Shown: positions 23,401-36,450, counted from the whole stretch's first letter. The stretch: 63,978 nucleotides of DNA, filler included, from Lenisia limosa (GCA_001655205.1; 10 parts of 10 records of this genome joined end to end with filler, not necessarily neighbours in it); one strand, 5' to 3'. The notes: generated from the letters alone by a model not told the origin. Program-made: numbers and translations.

Positions 23401-24763
23401 GTACCATATAGAGGCGAGTTAGCGGGAACTACACCCATGAAGAGTAATAGCCGAATTTCTATTCATCATAACAAGGCGGCAGAGAATACACCATCCCTCA
23501 ATATTCCCTCACTTTGGCAACAGCGTTAACGTCCGCGCCGGAACTTAGCAGAATTTGGACAATATCAACATGGCCTTTATAGGCAGCCTTATACAGGGGT
23601 GTCCATAGGCTCTGAAGAAAGTTAATTGTTTCAAACCTCCCTCTGTGGGCTGGGGGTATGAGGTTAATGAAACATATTCAGCAATTCGAGACTACTGCAA
23701 ATAAAGGAAATATGTCTCAACCGATATAATAATGTTCTGGCCCATTTGGGAGGGTATGCTTATAATAGAGGGAACTACACCCACTCTGAAGAGTTTTAGT
23801 CGAATTTCTATTCATCATAACTCGGCGGCAGAGAATACACCATCCCTCAATATTCCCTCACTTTGGCAACAGCGTTAACGTCCGCGCCGGAACTTAGCAG
23901 AATTTGGACAATTTCAGTGTGGCCTTTGAAGGCGGCATTATGCAGGGGTGTTTCACCATTCTAAAGAAAGTTAATTGATCCAAACCTCCTGTGTGGGCTG
24001 GGGGAATGGTGTTAATTGAACATATTCAGCAATTCGAGACCACTGCAAGTTATAGAAATATTTCTCAACCGATATAATAATGTTCTGACTCATGAGAGTG
24101 TACTTATAAAGGAACTTACAGGTAGGTGAGAGGACCCCACCCGCTCTGAAGATTATGGGCCGAATCTCAATCTATCCCAAATCAACGGCAGAATATACAG
24201 CAGGCCCCAGTATTTCCCCTCACCTTGTCACATGCGTTGACGTCTGCGCCAGAGCTGAGTAGAATTTGGACAATTTCAGCATGGCCTTCATTGGCAGCCG
24301 CATACAGGGGTGTTCGTTGGAACTGAAGAAAGTTAATTGATCCAAACATCAGTCGTTAGTGATATGGAGTAAATGGAAAATATTCAGGACTTCGAGACCA
24401 ATCCAAAACTCTCTTGGAACCCATTGTGCGACACACATTATTCAACTATTGGACACTCTTAGGAATTGCTTTAGTATCACAATATTTATCGTTGTGCTAA
24501 TACATCACCCCAGCCAATGCCAATAAACTGTGTTTAAAGACTGCATAAAGTCATGAGACTCAATTAAAATAACTAAGAACAAAATTGCCATCGCTAACGG
24601 TAAATTATAAATTCGAATGACCCATCAAAAATCACTTGATATTTCAACTGACAGTGTCCTTTGCGTTGACATCAGCGCCATTGTTGACAAGCGTTTTGGA
24701 AGTTTCAACATCGCCATTTTGAGAAGCCAAAAGCAGCTGCGGCTGAGAGCGCGTAGCAAACAT
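20410..24763 (-). CDS. Ankyrin-repeat protein: N-cap exon plus 10 single-repeat exons
   Basis: Exon 1 (24653-24763) reads [37 protein letters not shown]. It is followed by 99-nt phase-0 exons at 24224-24322, 23862-23960, 23513-23611, 23159-23257, 22873-22971, 22528-22626, 22201-22299, 21866-21964 and 20410-20508, plus 20684-20785 (102 nt). Each encodes [33 protein letters not shown]. Confidence 0.93.
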
Positions 24764-26141
24764 TGTTGAGGATTGAAGAGGAATCTACAAACTGACGTCA
24801 GAATGTCAGAATGGGTTAAACTATGATGGTAATAGTATTTGTATGGCCAGTTCCGTGTGGATCAAAAATAACGATATATGCAACATAATTACCAGCTTTT
24901 CTACATACATAATGACATAATATACATAAGAAGATTCTCACTGGATTACTAGCGAGTGTGTGACGAGTGTGTTGCTTGCAGTGTTGCTCTTGTGCCCAAG
25001 GGGCCGCGGGGATTATGAAGATCCACGGATCCGCGCCAGATCGGGTCAGCTCGCCACGGGGGTGGTGCCCTAAGGGTAAAATAACTATACAATTATGGTC
25101 TCGTACAGAATTTTATCGTTTACGGTTTCAAAGTCTATCATCGGTTTTAGTTAGTCAGTGTATTTATTATTGTAAATTCGGTAAGCGGTAGGCAATTCAC
25201 CATCACAGTCTCGAGATCAACGCACTTTGGTTCACCCCCTCAAGAGTTCCGTTCTATTCCGGTATAAAAACACTTTAGTTTGCTTTAAAAACTCTTGTAA
25301 GCGGCGTCAGACCTTTATGGGACTCTTTCAGGAGTCTTGTCCTCCTCAATTCTTCTCTCTCCAGACTGCCCATTTTCATGTACATCTTATCATTTTTTTT
25401 TTTTTTATCTGGGGTGTATATGGTATATAGTGTATAGAATTACATGGGGGGTACAATATATATTGTATTGTTTATACACCTGTGCGTGTATTGTGCATTG
25501 TATTTGTATTCCTCCAGCTACAGCTACAGCATGTACATGCATTGTGTAGATATGTATTCCTCCAGCTACAGCTACAGCATGTACATGTATTGTGTATCTT
25601 TTCTATTACTGGGGTATCTATATAGGGTATAGAATTACATGGGGGGTACATATAACAGTTTTGTATTGNNNNNNNNNNNNNNNNNNNNNNNNNNNNNNNN
25701 NNNNNNNNNNNNTTAATTAATTAANNNNNNNNNNNNNNNNNNNNNNNNNNNNNNNNNNNNNNNNNNNNATGTAGGAGAGTGAGAGAATGTCAAGCATCCG
25801 CGTTGCAAAACTTTTCCTTTGATAAGTGCCATTCATAATATGAATACATGAAGGTGGGTTTAAAAAACGATTACTTGAATCTCACAAACCGATGAAAGAG
25901 TGAAGGAGAAGAGAAAAAAGGGAAAAAGGACAAGAGGGAAACCTTATATTGAGCACTGACTTCCTAAGTGACATACAAAGAAAAAATCCTTTTCCACCAT
26001 TACAACTTTCGTGTACCCTAATGAGAAGGAGAAGATTGGGGTGGGAATGTTGATAGAAAACAACAAAAGCAAAAGGAGTTGTTGAAAAGAAATAAAAAGC
26101 AAGAGGGGGAAACAGCTATCAGCTCTTTGTCTTCAGCAAAC

Positions 26142-26288
26142 TTTTCCAAGGGCAGCATTGATCTTAGCAGCGGCTTGCTGGGCTCTGAGGAGTGCTGGGG
26201 ACATGGTTCCACCCAGACTTGATGGCGGGGGGATAGCTGCTCCGCTAATAGGTCATTAATGTAATTCTCACCAACAAACAAACCTCAT
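26142..26288 (-). CDS. 5' end of an unidentified gene (MSGAAIPPPSSLGGTMSPALLRAQQAAAKINAALGK), truncated
   Basis: The ATG at 26286-26288 joins the next exon in frame across a short GT-AG intron. The AQQAAAKINA motif is reminiscent of N-termini of RNA-binding proteins such as FUBP or PUF60 (recall only). Confidence 0.4.
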
Positions 26289-26581
26289 ATTGCCGTTCGG
26301 AGTCCTAGTTTACCCAATGTAAAAACTTAAAAAACAAAGTGTGCTTTTATTCCAGGAAAACCGTTCCTTCACTCTACACCCGCTATAAACGAGGTTAAAA
26401 GAAAGAAAATGAAAAAGGAAAACATATTTTAACCTCAAAATCGGTAGTACAATCCCCCAGAAAATTTGATGTTGAATAATTCTGGCGCAGGAGGCATTGA
26501 GGACACCTGTAATGAGAAGTTCACGATTATTATTTTGGTAGTGTAAGAAGCATTTAATTATTGGCATAAAATTGGTTAACA

Positions 26582-29500
26582 ATGGTTTGGCCGCCAACTC
26601 ATTGTTTAATTATCAACCTGTTGCTTCTCTTCGTGCCCTTCATCCACTCCGAGTTCTACTTTGAAGGTTATACTTCGAATTTAGCGATCTTGAAGCCTTA
26701 TGGTTTGCACCCTTCTCTTCTTCTTCTTCTTACCTTATAGGTGTTTATGACACACACAACATTGGCTACCCTGTGGAGCTGAAACGCCCTGATCTTGTTC
26801 CTTTGGGATTTGGTGATGATGTGGTTGTGTTGGAGGTGAGCCGACTGTCTGTCTTTCAAACTTATTCCGGATGTAACTGTTCAACGTATTTTGTGATTGA
26901 ACTACAAGGGATTATTTTGTCTCTCTTCGAATCACTCCAGTTTCTTAGTTACGGGAATTCTTATCATTATTTCAGGTTTCCTTCGCTCCCGAAATGCAGA
27001 CTTTCACGGTTGAAGATTCTGCGGGTAAGGGAGGGGCTATTTCATCCCACGGGTACCATAATAACTGCATGTTTTTTTCAGTCTGGCTCCCTATTTCACT
27101 GTTGCAGGACGAGAGTGTGTGCAATGTCATATGACAGAAACCATTTGCTCAAGTAGGTGGATTTTTTAAGGCTATGTGACTGAGTAAAATAATTGATGCG
27201 CTAATTCAGAATATAACTGTTATTAACGAAATGCAACCGCCAATCGGTTATCATTTCCACATATTTGAAGCGAAGGCAGATAAGCGTCTTACCAACAGGT
27301 CGCACATGTAGTACTCAGATGATGGTGGTTGCAAGCGATGGCCTGTCAGCTGTGGGGTACCCTGTTCGAGGTAAATGGGCCTAATGGCTGTTGTATTGTA
27401 CATTGTTACGTAACAACTACTTTAAACCGAGAGAGTTTCAGCACCTTTCAGTTTACACTATAGATACGGCAGTTGGGTACCTCTCATACCCTTGGGATAG
27501 TCCTATCAAACGCAGTCTTGACGGTCCGGGTTTATCCTTTGCTGTTCGGGGTAGGCAAGGTGGCTTCTGAGCAGAATGGAAATACTATTTTTTTCTGATT
27601 ACTTCATGATGTCGCTTTATGATCATCATATTTTAACATTGGAAACCTGTACGAGTTTATTTCCTGGTTATCTGGTATACACCAATGCTTACTCCCGTAC
27701 CCCCAGATGACGGGGTGGTTGTCGCTTTTGGTGAACTCACAAGTCTCTCGGGTACCGGACTTGACTCTCTGGAAGTTGGATTTCTGGCTTTGCTTCTTCT
27801 TCCGATTTTTACATCTTTCCATTGTTTTAACCTGCCAGGGATTTCCTGTAGTGAATGGGGTGACCAACGCCACGCATCTAGCCCTCTCGGAGTCAACTGC
27901 AATCCTCTATGATGGTGAGTGAGATCGGATAATTTGGTGGAGTCCTGCCTTTTTTTTTCATTTTACAGGCATATCTTTCTTTCTCTGTGGAAATGGTGCT
28001 CCTTTGTCTACCAATGATTCAACAACTTTTCAAGAGGTCAACACCACCGCTCTGATTGGGGAGGAGACTGTCAGCCATATGGCCTTTTCAGCTTCAGATC
28101 TATTGGTGTCAATGGGTGGGATTGGCGTATCTTCTCTCGCCATTCCTCAAAGGGTTATAACAACACTTTAGTTCAAATTTTGCTGTTTAGCTTTGATCAA
28201 TTGTATATTTTCAATTCCTTTCTTAATTTCGATATTACATTCTTATTTCGAACTAAAGCCATTCTCATCGTCCAGAATCAGGGCAGTATTGGATGAGGTC
28301 CTCCAGTGGTCCGTGTGTTTCTTCCACTCTCAAGGTCTGTTACAAAATATCAAGGGGAAGTCTTCAAATTGTTTAACATGATCGTAAATGAGACAAGATA
28401 GCCTTGCTAAAAAAGTTGTTTTTATCAAACACTCAGGTTTGTTCATTGTCCCTTCCAAAGGCCNNNNNNNNNNNNNNNNNNNNNNNNNNNNNNNNNNNNN
28501 NNNNNNNNNNNNNNNNNNNNNNNNNNNNNNNNNNNNNNNNNNNNNNNNNNNNNNNNNNNNNCAAATCATTAGTACTCTTTAAAAGAAGTAAGCACAAATC
28601 TCATCCTACCCAGAAGATGATGCAGTTTACGTGGTCGGGCAGAATGCGAAGAAATATGTAGAAAATTCCCTGTAAGAGGGCAGTTCTTTGCGAGAAATGG
28701 ACTACAGGCACGATACTTATCAGCACCAGTGTGTATGAAGACACAGGTGCGTCTCAATTCGGTCCTTTCAACCTTGGCATCCATGAAGAGGGAACTAAAC
28801 TGATTTGCCACACGCCTGACCCCACTGTTTTGGAGGTTGGTGCTTGAATGGGATTAGAGAGAGAGACTGGTGTGGTCATTTCATGAGCTTTGCTATGACA
28901 ACAGAAAATACATTTTTCAATCTTGGGGATTCCCCTGTTTCTCACTATCAAGCCCACAAACCAATGGAAGATGTACTTGAATCGGGCCACGTCAGACGTG
29001 CAACTTTACGCAGTCTCTGCTGCTGACAAAGTCCAGCAGTTCCATGAACTTCCTCTTGCAAAGCCTGATGGAACTTCCAACTCGTGGGAATGGCTTGGAA
29101 AAGGCCAATGATATTCATTACTGCCCCTCTTCTCACCCTTTAGGTTCATTTTTGATGCAGGATGCGGTGACACGTTTTGCCATAAAATTGAATGTTCGCT
29201 AACCGATGTTCTCATTTCTTTTTAATCATGTTTTGCAAGTCCCCTTTACTAACTACTTAGTTGATGTTGGGACATCTCTTCCCCATATCAGCTTCATGGG
29301 CAGTCAGGATGCAGTTCACTACGAGTCTTTCCCTGCCAACACTGTAAGCTAATATCATCGCATGGGGGCCTTCTGAGCTTCTTTAAATAGTCTTGTTATA
29401 ATTCCTTCGCAGCCTGTTCTCAGCGAAACCCCTGGGTGGCTAACGCCGTCATTTGCCTCCACTCCAGTTGCGTTCTTTGACCAAAAGTCGAAGTTGGTTG

Positions 29501-32500
29501 TCTTCAGTTTGCGGGTCGAAACCTCTTGAAAGGGGATGAAGAGAAACTTTTTTATTGGTGTTTTACTGCTTCAGACAACGGGCAAATTGGGCGCCTTCTC
29601 AGCTCGGGATCCGTATTTGTATGCTGTGGTCTGGTAAAAAGCTGTATGTAGCATCAAGCAATGGATTGGGCAATTAAATTTTATTTTTCTGTTCGAAATC
29701 AACTCCCGCGTGAGTGGGGACAGCGTTGGTTGACAGGCAGTATAGATGGCAAATCATGAAAAAATGCTTGTTTTTATTTTGAAAGCTGAGTATAAGAATT
29801 TGCTCTTGTGCAAGTCTTTACACCTCAGCCATTGTTCCTTCCCTACGGCAACAATGTATTCCAAGTGGACAAGTCCTTCGTTCTCTCTGGTAGGGCTCCT
29901 TTAGCATTATGTCAAAACCGACAAGTTCTAGTAATTACGGTTTATTTCTCAGACTTGGGGCGAGTATTCCGCCTTGAGAACAACAAAGTGATAGAAATTC
30001 AGCACGGTTTTACAGGTGATATTGTTGAGATAGCAGCGGCTGATGTCGCGGCCGTCATACTGAAAAATGGTTGGAATTTTTGTCTCGGTGAAGAAGTGTT
30101 TTTGAATTTGGTTTTTTCATGCACAATTTTGACTTCACTCTCCAGCCACCAATGAGTTCTATTCGACCGGGGTATGCCGTGAGGGCCAAGTGCCAGGACT
30201 GGTGGGAGCCGGCTCTTCGATCTCGGATTGGCCCCATTTACGGTTTTAGGTTGACTTCTCGGTTCATCTCTTGCCAGATGAGGGGATCGCTCAGATGGTG
30301 ATCCTCGAGGGTGACAGTAATTCATTGTTTCTTGGAGGTGTGCAAGCAAAGGAATAAATCAGTCACATGAAACGAATACACCCTGATACTTTACCTCTAA
30401 TACACATCTTGTACTTCATCTTGATAAAATTATGCATTTAGACCAAGGAACTATTCTGACGTGTACGCGCAATAAAACACCTGGGCCATTCATGACTGCA
30501 TTCGACTTTATTGTGGAGACGCCATCTGTGGTATGTTCGTGTCTGTCCTTTTGACTCCACTCTTTTCTTGGCTTTATTTGTTGACCCTCTAGCCAAGCTT
30601 CTCGAGAGTATCGGTATACCAGCCTGTTGGGCTGGCGGACGGATCGGATATTGCTATTGTCCAACGTGAGGTCTTGACTGGAGAGAGGCTTCTTGCTCTT
30701 CACCTTCCATTAACACACTTTTCATATTGCCATCTACTTTATTAGTACCAGTGGTCTTGCGGGTTTAAGATGTTTCAGCGATTTTCAATGCAATACTCAA
30801 ACAGATTGATTCCTACTTTATTAAACTATTTAGTTGACGGCAGCGTTCATGGAGGTTGGTGTCTTCTCTGACTAGTTAATTACACGGGCTCTGAGTAATT
30901 GATAAGATCAAAAAAAGTCATTATTTTGATAGTAGAATTCATTTATTGTAGCGTCATCGGTAGCCACACATCACCGCAACTATGGGGTTGCAACGTTCAC
31001 GCTCCCGGGACTTTTGAAGTGGGTAACACTCTTTAAAGAGGATAAACGTTCTTTTGTCTCACTTCTTCAGGTCTATCGAAACTGATTTAGGCTTCTTCCG
31101 CTTCGTCAGTCGGCGGGATCCTTCTAGAATTCTTACTCTTCCCATCACACTTTTTTTTTCAAATTCAGCCCATTTCCTAGCTTATTGCTCAGGTCACATC
31201 GCAACGCAGTACGTTTCGGCCACTATTGAGCCAAGCAGGATCATAACATCCACATACACCGACCTTGTCGTCACTCTCAATGTCGCTATATCGCTACCTC
31301 AGGTGTGCGAAGAGTGGATTGTGTCAGCGTCTCCCTATTCCAGAATCTTTCTTCTCTATCATGCCTAGTTTCTTGTAAAGTCCATTGGCATATCGTCTAT
31401 GTTTGCTTTGCCTCATTTCTTCAGTTCCAGTCAAGGGCTCCCAACTGGTGCATTTTCGGTAATGAAATCCGTCTGGCGGATGTCGAAATAATGGTGGGGT
31501 TCTATTCCAAAGCTGATCAGGTTGTTGAGATATGTAATTGAACTGAATGTATATATCAAAGCTTTCCCTTGAGGCTCTAACACCTCCAGGGTAGCCTTAC
31601 GTTGGTGTCATGCAGGTCTCCCCGTCTGTCCACCACGCTGAGCACTTTCTCGGTTGGTGAACAAAGAACTAGATCAAAGGGACATGGTGAATATCAAAAT
31701 TGAACTTGTATATCAGAAACAGAGGTCAATTATTATCATCATTGTTTAGGTCTATGTTGACGGAATTCGCTACGTTACTGACAAGTACATCACTGTTATT
31801 TCGCCTTTTGTTAACCCCTCACTTCCCCGCGAGATCATGTTGGTAGAACAACCTTGCACTTCTCTGAGAATGACCTAACATTTTCAATATATTCCTGGTA
31901 GTGTCTGGACAGAAGTGAAGGTCTCCTGACCCCCCCCCCCCANNNNNNNNNNNNNNNNNNNNNNNNNNNNNNNNNNNNNNNNNNNNNNNNNNNNNNNNNN
32001 NNNNNNNNNNNNNNNNNNNNNNNNNNNNNNNNNNNNNNNNNNNNNNNNNCGTCTGTTATCTTATCAGACCTCTATTCAGACTGGGAAAGAAAAGTCCCAC
32101 TGGAGATTCTGGATACACACCACGCCACTTTCCGCGCACCCAACGACACAATTTTCACTGAGTGTCACATTATGGTGGAAGTCTTGCAGAACGAAGGGGA
32201 CTCGTCATATATGTTCCGCACTGCACCGATTGTTGTTATTACCTACGGCATGCCTCTGATTACGGGTTGGGAATTTTGCCTGCTTGTCGATTCCGAATTT
32301 GGTTCATTGTTGCCTGAATCATTTCCGCCTGTTTCAGCTTAACCGTCTCCAGGGATTAGCCCCAAAGAGGTCAGCGCAGTCGACCTGCCAGACTCCATCG
32401 TACTCATGGGCGAATCATTTGCCGCTGACCAGAACTTCACGTGAGCGGGGGGAGACACGTTTACATTTGAATATTGGTGTTAGAGGCTAATTAAGAACTG

Positions 32501-34425
32501 AANNNNNNNNNNNNNNNNNNNNNNNNNNNNNNNNNNNNNNNNNNNNNNNNNNNNNNNNNNNNNNNNNNNNNNNNNNNNNNNNNNNNNNNNNNNNNNNNNN
32601 NNNNNNNNNNNNNNNNNNNNNNAGGACGCCAAACTCTCACGTGCCCCCTACCAAGCTCGGTCCAGACAATGTACAGTGCTGCTGTTGTTGTCTATGTCAA
32701 CAACGCTACTCTATTTATTGATACTCTCACAATCAATGGTTGGTACCTTGTCTGATCTAGGATTGTGTAGCCGTTATAAATAAAGAGCTTCTGTTGGATG
32801 CTATTTTGATAATTGATAATTACTTTGAAGTTGAACTTTGGTATTTTATCAAGACAAATCCATCGTTTCTGATGAATATAGTGGCGTTTGGGCTGCGTTT
32901 GGAGTCAGAGGAGCCCCAGCTAACTTATAACATTTACCCAATACAACCTCGTATACAACTCAGTGTAAGCATTGGTCAACTCTTTCTAATTGGATGTTTT
33001 TATATTCTATCTTTATTTCTTAGGTGTTTAATGTTATCACCGGAGAACCTGTCCCTGTCAATTCAAGCGCTTCTGTTAGTGGGTGATTGATGGGTTGTTT
33101 ATGGTTTAGCTTCAGTGTGAAAAATTTAATCGAAAACAATTCCTAAATTCAGAATACTTGTGTTCACAAACATTATTCTTTGCCCTCAGCTGAGTATAGA
33201 TATCGATATTGTTTTTTTACCTGTTTTTCCAGGTTGTTGTAACACCCTCGCCCGACTTTTCCAATGGTCTACTAACAGTGATTTCCAAAGGCCGTGCAGT
33301 CTTTGATGGGCTTGTCATCTCAGGGCCGCAAAATACGACTTATACGGTGAGACATATGGGGGCACCTTGGCTTTTAACTTCCGAAAAGACCGAAAAAAAC
33401 ATCGATATTTTTCATTATTTTTTGAGTGAAGCAGTGCAAAGGCATTTATCTCCTCACCCTCCAGCTTGACTTCCTTTCACCTAAGGTGGATGTGCCATTT
33501 TCCTTGGTAGGTAAATACGGAAGGGGTCAGATATTGCCAAGAGGATCAATTAAGCTGCGTATTAAATAAAAGCGGAATATTCAAGATAGTTTCCAATACA
33601 CAGATCAATTGAAATCAGCTTTTCTCTCACCTTACCTAAAAAGAGAGTAACTGTTGCTCCATGTTCGGCCATCTACACGGACTCGGTCCAAAACGGCCGG
33701 TATTGCGGCTGCAGTCCGGGGCACTTCCTCTCGGCCACCGTCTGCACGGCGTGTCCCAAAGAGTAGGGCCACTTGCACTCAAGTTTCTATCGAGCCATGA
33801 TGTATCAAATTAGTTTCTTGACACCATTGACTAATGCGCCTATTTTGGGTCATTCTTCAAACCATTGTGTCTTTACAAAGTTTGATTATATAGTGGAGAC
33901 AGCTTGTTGATAATGTACATACTATGCCGGGCTATTCCCATTTTACTTCTCCCAGCACCTACAGCGACAACATGACCCCCGAGCCGTGTACTGTATGTCC
34001 TTTTGAAATGATCTCAGAGCCAGGAAGGTGACTTTGGCATTCTTTGGCTTACATTGCTTCTTTGTCTTTGTTGACTCATGTAGTTCTTCGATCAGTGACT
34101 GTGTGTGTTCAAACAATCTCATCAGTGGCAAGAAGTGGGGGTACACCACCCATTAATGTTTTTCATTTGAATTAGAAAAATCCTGATAGGGACCCTTTTT
34201 ATGCTCTAATATTATGATATAATATACGGTAGTCTACTTTTATTATAGTCCGTTGGACTTAATAATACTGACTGACACCATAGTAACACCGGATGTACGT
34301 GCCCAGCAGGCAGCTTCCTCGACACGTCAAGAATGTGCCAAGACTGTCCCATTGGTCAGTATAGCCAGCAGGAGGGCACGGCCATGTGCACGCCGTGTGG
34401 TGTCGGCTTGACTACCATCGGCATT
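26582..34425 (+). CDS. Large multi-exon secreted/surface protein with C-terminal Cys-rich (GCC2/GCC3, ephrin-receptor-like) repeats, 3' truncated
   Basis: Signal-peptide-like start MVWPPTHCLIINLLLLFVPFIHS, many short GT-AG introns and beta-rich exons. At 33660-33760 CGCSPGHFLSATVCTACP; at 34290-34425 CTCPAGSFLDTSRMCQDCPIGQYSQQEGTAMCTPCG. The internal exon structure is not fully resolved. Confidence 0.7.
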
Positions 34426-34669
34426 NNNNNNNNNNNNNNNNNNNNNNNNNNNNNNNNNNNNNNNNNNNNTTAATTAATTAANNNNNNNNNNNNNNNNNNN
34501 NNNNNNNNNNNNNNNNNNNNNNNNNAATTTACCCCCCCCCCCCAGCCAGAGCGAGTGTGATAATTCCTTGACCTTCATTTTGAAAACATACTCAAAGTGT
34601 GTACATCCTCTATACTAACTATTGCCCTCTAAATGTTGCAAAGCCTGTTGCTTCAAACCTGAAATCACC

Positions 34670-36450
34670 ATAGGGTGGTCGTTTTGGCAGTCAATTGAGG
34701 CAACCGTGTTAGAGTGGCCCTCCAAAACATGGATCTAAGAGGTAAAATCGGTCCAGAAATTGGGCACAAAAAACAAAAGGGTAGCTGAGCCTTGCAAACC
34801 TGAGTTTTTGTACGCATGTCCCACACACGGACGACAGAGTCACGGCCGCCAGTGAAGATGATATCCAGGGTGGGATGGATGGCGAGACAGAAGCATCCGC
34901 TCAAGTGACCGTGATAATGACGGATAACTCGGTTGCATTCCTGGCACGTAATTAAATATGTGAAATAGCAAGGTTGGAAAGAGGCAGCAGCTTACCAAAT
35001 CCCAGCATTTGACTTGTTTGTCTTCACCGCAAGAGAAGAGGTAAGGGTGTCTATTGGAGATGGCCAATCCTCTGACGGTGGAGATGTGACCGGTGAGGGT
35101 GAGCTTCAGCTTAGTCGATGCCAAGTCCCAGACCTGGCGGTCACAAAGGCAAAAGAAACCACAGCTTTACTGAATGTGCTGGCAATACAGTTTACAGATT
35201 ATTTATAAATGAAATTGAAAAAAGCTCTCCAAGAAGCAAAATACATATCTCTCCATGATTGAGAAAAATAAGAAAAGGATAAAGCAAAAAAGAATCCGAC
35301 GAAAGACGACTCGGTATGCCCACCTTGATGACACGGTCAGCGGCACCCGTGCAGAAGAACTCGTTAGTATGATCCACAGCAATGGAACGCACCCAACCAG
35401 TGTGACCGGCTACGACCTAAATCATGAGGGACCCAGGCGAGAAGGTCTGAAATGCCATATCATATGATAGATTAAAAAATAACATAATACTGAAAATAAC
35501 AGCCTTCTCCATTTGTTGTTCTAAAAAGCCTCACCTTGTGCAGGGCCCAGGGGGCATGGTACTCCGGAGCCTCCTTTGCAGCAGGACCGTGGATCGGCTT
35601 CGGCCTCGCGACAGCTAGTTCCTTGCCTAGTGCATTAACATAGCCAAGTAGATCGGCTTCGGCCTCGCGACAGCTAGTTCCTTGCCTAGTGCACCAAGTA
35701 GCTTGTATTGAAAGAACAATCGCAAAAGGTGATTTCCGAAAGGATTGTAAAGTTGATAAGGCTGGCTGAAATGAGTTATCCCTTACCAGTACTGTCTGTT
35801 CCGACAACAACTGCCTTCTTCTCTTCTATAATTGTGAGAATTACAACAAGAAGTTCTCTCTGAAGCGAAGAAGAGTAAAAACAAAGGTAGACTATGTCAT
35901 TCTTTTGTAACTCTTCAAAACAACTTGAAAAAACCCTCACTTTAAACCTTGATAGTTCATAGTTATTCTTACATTCGAATGAACTTGAGAGGATATTGGA
36001 AGATCATGTTCCCACAAACGCTCAGAAAGAACTTGATCCATGATTTCTGACACTGAAGGAACATCCTCCTCTTCTATTTGTTCCTCTAAAAGATAGCGGT
36101 GAGAAGAAGAAGGCGAAAGAGAACAACACCAACCTTCAGCCAACACTTCTTCAACTGCAGACTTGGCAATCTTCTCCTTCTTGGGCTTTTTAGCCTTAGA
36201 ACGCTTAACAGGGGGAGGGATGTGACGAACATGTCCATACTCGTTTGCGATCTTCACTAAAAGAGCAGACTTCTTTCTACAGCGGCATTAATATTCTCAT
36301 CTTATCATTTAAATCATACCCAGGGAGGTTCTCTTCAGAAAGAAGGCCTGTGGTAGGGAAAACTGAACCTGCCTCCGCTGCATTGGGGTGAATGTACGAC
36401 GCAATCGTCGAGTCCTTCGAAGAAGCGGTATGTGACTCCTCCTCAGTCAT
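34670..36450 (-). CDS. PLRG1: Pleiotropic regulator 1 / Prp46 (NTC WD40 splicing factor), 3' truncated
   Basis: [13 protein letters not shown]..., [93 protein letters not shown]...[15 protein letters not shown]. Confidence 0.95.
35592..35693. repeat. 43-bp direct duplication (period 59) spanning a PLRG1 acceptor
   Basis: GATCGGCTTCGGCCTCGCGACAGCTAGTTCCTTGCCTAGTGCA occurs at 35592-35634 and 35651-35693. Confidence 0.9.

Noticed and set aside
27079-27153. Apparent in-frame TGA (..GTC ATA TGA CAG..) in one possible exon reading of the surface-protein gene, hinting at stop-codon recoding
   Set aside because: The gene has many very short introns, so other splice choices are possible. MED10 appears to end on TGA, and no conserved gene needs a recoded stop.
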